In this document: piece by piece, positions 58,505 through 64,000 of the stretch
How the letters are laid out: each line of letters opens with the position of its first letter
Position numbering within the stretch: position 1 is the first letter of the stretch
Notes under the pieces: generated by a model
Database searches by the model: none
Seen by the model: only the letters and a program-made list of their open reading frames with translations
Told to the model about the DNA's origin: nothing
Made by a program: the position numbers and the translations under genes
NCBI GenBank assembly: GCA_943787265.1
Contig: CALSLT010000044.1
Location: 1 to 64,000 of the forward strand
Length of the DNA stretch: 64,000 nucleotides
Direction: 5' to 3'
Source: an uncultured Planctomycetaceae bacterium
Lineage (GTDB): Bacteria > Planctomycetota > Planctomycetia > Planctomycetales > Planctomycetaceae

Positions 58505-59953
58505 ATGAACCCGTTGACTCAACGAATTCAAAATCTGACCAGACGCCACTTTCTGCGAGACTCGAACATCGCGTTGGGAGGCATGGCTCTGTCTGCGATG
58601 GCTGGCAATAGTGCGAGTGCACGGCCGAAAGTCATCAACCCGCTAGAGCCGAAGAAGACTCATCACGAGCCCAAGGCCAAGCGAGTCATCTATCTGCACA
58701 TGACTGGTTCGCCGCCGAACCTTGACCTCTGGGATTACAAGCCGGAACTCATCAAACGCACCGACGAAGATTGCCCGAGTGAGTTTCTGGAAGGTCGCCG
58801 ATTTGCATTCACGTCGGGCGTGCCAAAGTTACTCGGAACACCTCGTAAGTTTCCACAGGTCGGAAAAGCGGGGCTGCGAATGTCCGACGCCGTTCCGAAT
58901 TTGCACAAAGTCGCCGATGAAATGTGTCTGGTTCATTCGATGAACACGGACCAGTTCAATCATGCTCCGGCCGAACTTCTGATTTACACCGGTTCGCCAC
59001 GGTCAGGCCGGCCTTCGATGGGGGCGTGGGCGACGTACGGACTTGGTTCGGAAAACGAAGACTTGCCAGGTTTCGTCGTCCTGATCTCCAGCGGCGTTCA
59101 ACCTAACGGCGGAAAGAACTCGTTCGGTAGCGGATTCCTTCCCAGCGTTTATCAAGGTGTGCAGTGTCGCTCCAAGGGCGACCCCGTTCTTTACGCATCC
59201 GATCCGAAAGGCATGGACCGTGAGATGCGAAGACTGAGTCTCGATGCACTCCGAGACCTCAACGAAGCGCAGGCCGATAAGCTGGGACACCCGGAAACGC
59301 TCACCAGGATCGCGCAGTACGAGCTTGCCTATCGAATGCAGGTTTCAGTTCCCGAAGTCATGGACATCACCAAAGAACCGAAGCACGTTCTCGATGCTTA
59401 CGGTGCAGAGCCCGGTGCTTCCAGCCTGGCCAATAACTGCCTGCTCGCTCGACGACTGGTTGAGCAAGGCGTGCGTTTCGTGCAGCTCTTCGACTGGGGC
59501 TGGGACTTCCACGGCACCGGTGCCGGTACCGGGCTCACATCAGGCTTGACCAACAAGTGCGCGACGATGGACAAACCTGTCGCGGCGCTGATCGCCGATC
59601 TCAAACAACGAGGCATGCTGGAAGACACACTGATCGTCTGGGGGGGCGAATTTGGTCGCACTCCATTCCGCGAAGGACGCACAGCCAAAGGCAAAGTGCT
59701 TGGCAGAGACCACTACCCTGATTGCTTCACAATGTGGATGGCCGGTGGTGGAGTCAAAGGTGGCTACGAGTACGGTCAGACCGACGAACTCGGTTTCGGA
59801 GTTGTGGAAAACAAAGTCCACATTCACGACCTCCAGGCAACCATCATGCACTTGCTCGGCCTGAACCACGAAAAAACGACTTTCCGCTTCCAGGGCCGAG
59901 ACTACCGCCTGACCGACGTCCACGGCGACGTCGTCCACGACCTGATTGCGTGA
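58505..59953 (+). CDS. DUF1501 domain protein, TAT signal
   Basis: RRHFLRDSNIALGGMALSAMAG TAT motif; DUF1501 blocks. Confidence 0.85.
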   Translation: MNPLTQRIQNLTRRHFLRDSNIALGGMALSAMAGNSASARPKVINPLEPKKTHHEPKAKRVIYLHMTGSPPNLDLWDYKPELIKRTDEDCPSEFLEGRRFAFTSGVPKLLGTPRKFPQVGKAGLRMSDAVPNLHKVADEMCLVHSMNTDQFNHAPAELLIYTGSPRSGRPSMGAWATYGLGSENEDLPGFVVLISSGVQPNGGKNSFGSGFLPSVYQGVQCRSKGDPVLYASDPKGMDREMRRLSLDALRDLNEAQADKLGHPETLTRIAQYELAYRMQVSVPEVMDITKEPKHVLDAYGAEPGASSLANNCLLARRLVEQGVRFVQLFDWGWDFHGTGAGTGLTSGLTNKCATMDKPVAALIADLKQRGMLEDTLIVWGGEFGRTPFREGRTAKGKVLGRDHYPDCFTMWMAGGGVKGGYEYGQTDELGFGVVENKVHIHDLQATIMHLLGLNHEKTTFRFQGRDYRLTDVHGDVVHDLIA

Positions 59954-60040
59954 TAACTGCGAAACAGCCAGGCCGTGAATTCACAAAGAATCAAAGAACA
60001 TTCCGCTCTTACCAGTGATTGTCCGCGTCCACCCGCTGCT

Positions 60041-60604
60041 TCAGTTTTTGTCAGCGGCATTCGATTCAACGCTGTGACGGATGGCTTTGATCATGGCCTC
60101 ATTCGACGGATGGTCGGCCGAGTTGCGTGCGTAGTGCGCGAACTGGACGACTCCGGCTGAATCAATCACAAAGGCTCCAGGCATTTGCATTGGATCCCCG
60201 ACGGGTATTCCGCCTCCGTGACTTAGTAGTGCCTTGAAACTTTGTTTCCAGACGGACGTGCCAGCAATTTCGCGGATCGACCCTTTTTCAAGTCCGAATG
60301 CCTGATACGCAATTCGGTCCGGATCCGAGAAGCACTCAAACGGCAGGTCCAGTCGTCGTCGGAACGCGGACGTCTGGTCAGGATTACCCATTGTCACCAC
60401 TGCGACAGCTCCACCAGCGTCGCTGAACTTTGCGTAACTTCTCCGCACGTCGACCACGTGCTCTCGGCAGGTCGGTCAGCCAAAATGTCGAACAAAGAAT
60501 AGTGCAACGGGCCTGGACTTCCAGAAGTCTGAAACACTGACCGGTATTCCTGCCAGAGTGCGAACGTCCGGTGACGGAGCGACGTCGCCTGTTGCAAGAT
60601 TCAT
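60041..60604 (-). CDS. candidate selenoprotein: Prx-like (AhpC/TSA-type) thiol-disulfide oxidoreductase with in-frame TGA (Sec) at 60476-60478
   Basis: The 72-aa and 138-aa ORFs are in the same frame, separated only by TGA. Joined sequence: MNLATGDVAPSPDVRTLAGIPVSVSDFWKSRPVALFFVRHFG-U-PTCREH..., so the TGA sits at the redox-active position of a UxxC motif. Hairpin GCACGUGGUCGACGUGC lies 14 nt downstream of the UGA. Confidence 0.6.
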
Positions 60605-60767
60605 CGTGATTTCTTTCTGTCGTAAGCAGATAGCGGAATGGATATCTTTCGCTGAGTTGCTTCGCTTCGTCAACTGTCGAAGTAATGGCTGCACTTGAAA
60701 TTGTCATCCCGGACAAGCAAAACGCCGGGGGAAAACTGCCGATTCACAAGGACGACGTCAGCAGGTC

Positions 60768-62015
60768 ATGTCACTGAAAGTCGATCAGGTTTATCGGTAC
60801 TCGCAAGTGTCTTCTCTAAGGAGACATGGGACGACATCGCGTTTGCTGCTTTCTACTTCGGGCGGCACGGTGGACTTTCCGTACTTCTTCCAGGGAAGTC
60901 TTCGTCAGCCGCGCATGGCGGGAATGTTGCTGCGAAGCCTGATGACGATTGTGCAGTCACGGTTCTTTGTCCCTCCAAACATGCTCGCCCGGATTCTGGC
61001 ACTCGCTGATCCCGTCGTCACCTGCCATAAAGATCGTCTGCGGTTTGAAGGGTTCTCTGGATGTTGTGGAGTTTATGCGCGTGTTGATTTGTTGCCGGAG
61101 GCCATTGACGGCGACTTTTGTGGATTCGGGACGAGCAACGTCGACTTCAATCCGCCGATGATTCATGCGTTGACTCGACTGCGCGATCGGGACTCGGTGG
61201 AGCTCTCGGTCGGCGAGGATGAAGTTCGCCTGAAAACTGGTGAATCCTCTGTGGTTGAAAAAAAGGTCAAACTGCCAATTCGGTGGATCAAAGGGTTTGT
61301 GGAAACTCAGGCCGTCCTCAGTCGGATGGAGCTTCGGCACGAGCTGTCCGCTGTCGACGCCAATCGATTTCTGCGTTCGTTACCTCGCATGTCCACGCAT
61401 CGCCGCTCAACATGGATCGTGCCGAGCGGGCGGAGCATTCGACTTAGTCAACGTGAGGCGAGGGGAGCAGTGCGAGTGGGCGGCCTGGAACGGCTGCGTG
61501 TCCTGGAGCCTCTCTGTCCAGAGGCAAAGTCGCTTCGCATTTACGGAGACACCACGACGAGTGCTTCTGCCTGGGAACTTGACTTGGGAGACTGCCGGTT
61601 TCAATTGGCGTTGAGTCCGGAGGTTTGGAGAGGATTCTCGGGCGAGGGGCAGGTGCTGGAAGATCTGGCAGCCAGCGGAAGGGATCGATTGCTCGCTCGG
61701 GTTAAAGCTGAATTGAACTGGGCCTGGACGGTCGATCGTGTACGGCTCGCTCAACGAATTGGCTGCGACGAGAAACAGATCAATCAGGCACTATCAGTTC
61801 TGGGAACGCGAGGCCTGGTCGGTTTCGATCTGCACGAAAATTCCTGGTTTCACCGCGAGTTTCCCTTCGACCTCACAATAGTGGAGAAACTCCAGCCGCG
61901 TCTCGTTGATGCTCGGAAGCTGGTCGATGAGGGGGCCGTTCGGGACGCGCCTGCGGAGCGTGGTGAGTCAGACTTTTCGTCACAAGCGGTGACGTCGACC
62001 ATCGCGTTCGTCTGA
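60768..62015 (+). CDS. SWIM zinc-finger family protein (C-terminal SWIM domain in the -1 frame, to 62143)
   Basis: The SWIM domain (RCTCPWFAKHQGDRGPCKHVLAAQLY) is encoded in another frame over 61967-62143. The frames are joined at a T4 run (61974-61977). Confidence 0.7.
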   Translation: MSLKVDQVYRYSQVSSLRRHGTTSRLLLSTSGGTVDFPYFFQGSLRQPRMAGMLLRSLMTIVQSRFFVPPNMLARILALADPVVTCHKDRLRFEGFSGCCGVYARVDLLPEAIDGDFCGFGTSNVDFNPPMIHALTRLRDRDSVELSVGEDEVRLKTGESSVVEKKVKLPIRWIKGFVETQAVLSRMELRHELSAVDANRFLRSLPRMSTHRRSTWIVPSGRSIRLSQREARGAVRVGGLERLRVLEPLCPEAKSLRIYGDTTTSASAWELDLGDCRFQLALSPEVWRGFSGEGQVLEDLAASGRDRLLARVKAELNWAWTVDRVRLAQRIGCDEKQINQALSVLGTRGLVGFDLHENSWFHREFPFDLTIVEKLQPRLVDARKLVDEGAVRDAPAERGESDFSSQAVTSTIAFV

Positions 62016-62167
62016 TCGAAGACGACGCTCGCTGCACGTGTCCGTGGTTCGCGAAACACCAGGGAGATCGCGGGCCGTGCAAACACGTACTGGCCGCTCA
62101 ACTCTACCAGGAAATGCAGGACGACAGTTCGGCATCTCGCTGACAGGAAAGACGATGGATCAGGTTG

Positions 62168-64000
62168 ATGATGGACCTCGGCAAGCTGCAGAAAATTCTC
62201 GACAAAGAAAACGCGAAGGCCTGCCTGGAGTACTTTTGCGGTCGTTCAGAAAAAGAGCGACGTGAGTGCGCTAAACTCGCCGCCACCCATCTGAAGAAAG
62301 TCGACGGTGGCCGTACAGCAGCTATCGCCGCGACATCGGCCTGTTCTTTTTCAGAGCTCAAAAAACTCGACTGGAGAGCCTTTTCGCAGTCCGAAGATGT
62401 CATCGACGTTCTGGGAGATCGCCGCCCCGACTGGATCGACAAGTGGGTCATGTTGCGGCTCGAGAACGAATGGTATTGGGCACCTGGTGTATGGCAGCCG
62501 ATTTACACGCTCGCCCGCGAGGGCCTTTGCAGGAAACCGGATCATCCCCACTATTACCTTGGCATGATCGGCGGCACTTCGGACTGGACAAAGAGCGGTA
62601 AGAAGGCCGAGCAGCGGCTGTACCGAATGCTGGTTGATGACGAAGACCTGCTCAACGACGTGTGGAAGCTGTTTGAACTGGAAGGCGGTGGGGAAAACAG
62701 TCTCGCCAACCACGACCGGTTTACTCATGGAGCCAAATGGTCAACTACGTTGCTCAAACTGGCGAAAGAAGGTCGGCTGTCGCGGGAGCGATTACTGGAC
62801 AGCAGCCTCGACGCTCTGGAGCGAGGCTTTAACCACTACCGTGCCAAGTGGTTTTCGGAATTCCATGAACTTCTTGAGCCAACGGACAAAGAACGACAGC
62901 CTCTCGCCGCAAGATATCTGCACCTGCTGGCAAGCCCGACTCCGACGATCGTCGCCTGGGCTCTGAAACGCGTGCAGGCCATTCAGAAGAAAACTCCGTT
63001 CGACTCGGCCGAACTGATCGAAGCACTGATTCCGTGCGTCCGCAGCCGGAAGAAGGGTGAAGTCAGCACCGCTCTGAAACTGCTCGACCAGGCAGTGAAA
63101 CGCGACCTCGAAACTGCCGAAGCGGCGGCGCGAGTTGCCTGCGAAGGGCTTGGGCACGAAGCACCGGACGTCCAGAAGAAAGTTTTCGACGTTGTCGAAA
63201 AACTCAGCCAGTCACTCAACCGCCCTCCCGCAGACCGAGTGCGGGAGTTTCGACACGGAATCGCCGCTTTGCTGAAACAAAGGCTCGACCAATGGTTGAG
63301 TCAGTACGATGGCTCTGAAGATTCCTCATCTGAAGAGGATTCAATCCTTTCTGACCGAGCCACTGAAAAGCTGTCGCGTCCGGAAGATGTCATCGCAGAA
63401 CTTTGCGAGCTTGATCCTAATCTGGCGAAATGTGCAGGTCTGGAGTCTTTGCAGAAGCTGGTTTTGAATTCGAAAACTCCGCCAGACCTCAGTCAGTTCG
63501 ACTTGCCTGCCACACAGTTTGACGGGACGGACATTCCACGGCTCGATCCTGAAAAGAAGCTGTCACCGATTAAGGACCTGGACGAGCTGATCGAGGTCTG
63601 CTCCCGAGTGGCCGAAGATGGAGATCTGATCGACGACGCGTTCCGTGCGCTGGACGGAATCTCCCGGCTGTGCGACCAGCGTCCCGACGATTTTGACCAG
63701 CGAACTGGGCCTCTTCGCAAACGCATTAAGACCCTGTTGAAGCAGCAACGGTTTCCGTTTCTAGCCTCGGGACCAGGCCACGACCTCTGCGGAGTCATCG
63801 ACGCCTGGCTGAATGAGCAGACCTGTGAGCTGATCGAAGCACCAAAAGAACGCGGAGGCAAATGGTTCACGCTTCCCTACGTCGAGTTCCGGAAAGTCGA
63901 AGAGGGGACGCTGAATGAAAGTCCCGCCGGAGTACTCTCGCAGTTAGGCATGATTGTCTCACGTCGAGTGGCTTCTCGCGATGCCACGCCTTTGTTGAGT
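62168..64000 (+). CDS. large hypothetical protein (>610 aa, continues beyond window), absent from the ORF track
   Basis: Uninterrupted frame from ATG 62168 to the window end (MMDLGKLQKILDKENAKACLEYFCG...). Acidic serine-rich linker (DGSEDSSSEEDSILSD). Immediately downstream of the SWIM gene. Confidence 0.6.
   Translation, partial: MMDLGKLQKILDKENAKACLEYFCGRSEKERRECAKLAATHLKKVDGGRTAAIAATSACSFSELKKLDWRAFSQSEDVIDVLGDRRPDWIDKWVMLRLENEWYWAPGVWQPIYTLAREGLCRKPDHPHYYLGMIGGTSDWTKSGKKAEQRLYRMLVDDEDLLNDVWKLFELEGGGENSLANHDRFTHGAKWSTTLLKLAKEGRLSRERLLDSSLDALERGFNHYRAKWFSEFHELLEPTDKERQPLAARYLHLLASPTPTIVAWALKRVQAIQKKTPFDSAELIEALIPCVRSRKKGEVSTALKLLDQAVKRDLETAEAAARVACEGLGHEAPDVQKKVFDVVEKLSQSLNRPPADRVREFRHGIAALLKQRLDQWLSQYDGSEDSSSEEDSILSDRATEKLSRPEDVIAELCELDPNLAKCAGLESLQKLVLNSKTPPDLSQFDLPATQFDGTDIPRLDPEKKLSPIKDLDELIEVCSRVAEDGDLIDDAFRALDGISRLCDQRPDDFDQRTGPLRKRIKTLLKQQRFPFLASGPGHDLCGVIDAWLNEQTCELIEAPKERGGKWFTLPYVEFRKVEEGTLNESPAGVLSQLGMIVSRRVASRDATPLLS

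Noticed and set aside
60394-60716. Alternative-frame ORFs overlapping the Prx-like gene
   Set aside because: They overlap the redoxin frame, which carries clear family motifs; these frames carry none.

Overview
A GC-rich (~55%) chromosomal segment with a Planctomycetota-like gene repertoire: repeated DUF1501 / DUF1549-DUF1553 and DUF1552 / DUF1592 (PSD/PSCyt) gene pairs, TAT-signal proteins, and a DUF1559 prepilin-like protein followed by a lipoprotein. The left third (1-16.5 kb) is housekeeping and PSD genes (sthA, maf, Gfo/Idh/MocA oxidoreductase, cytochrome c').

The centre (17.1-25.4 kb) is the outstanding feature. It is an ~8.3 kb single-strand array of about 40 tRNA or tRNA-like genes, a near-complete amino-acid set. 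Embedded in it is a four-gene module: a NADAR domain protein, a DUF4291-like protein, an Rnl2-type ATP-dependent RNA ligase and an HNH endonuclease, all read by eye from the sequence. Several tRNAs are non-canonical: four short-variable-arm (class-I) tRNAs carrying Leu anticodons, a tRNA-Pro with an 8-nt anticodon loop, a D-armless tRNA-Tyr-like gene, a truncated initiator-like tRNA, and tRNA-Ile(TAT). Spacers hold families of hairpin repeats and a 31-bp AT-rich inverted repeat.

The right half is accessory. It carries an SPFH protein, a Ser/Thr kinase fused to a beta-helix with a glycosyltransferase and a methyltransferase, a TetR regulator with operators, a BlaI-BlaR1 pair fused to leucine-rich repeats, and a carbamoyltransferase. 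It also has an IS30 element with an IS3 element nested inside it, an IS5-family element, a 7-heme cytochrome c fused to TPR repeats, and a candidate selenoprotein (Prx-like redoxin with an in-frame TGA at the catalytic Cys and a downstream hairpin). The window ends with a SWIM zinc-finger protein followed by a >610-aa ORF that runs off the window and is missing from the ORF track.

Four genes are interrupted by frameshifts at homopolymer or simple-repeat sites, which may be sequencing artefacts. No CRISPR array or rRNA was seen.
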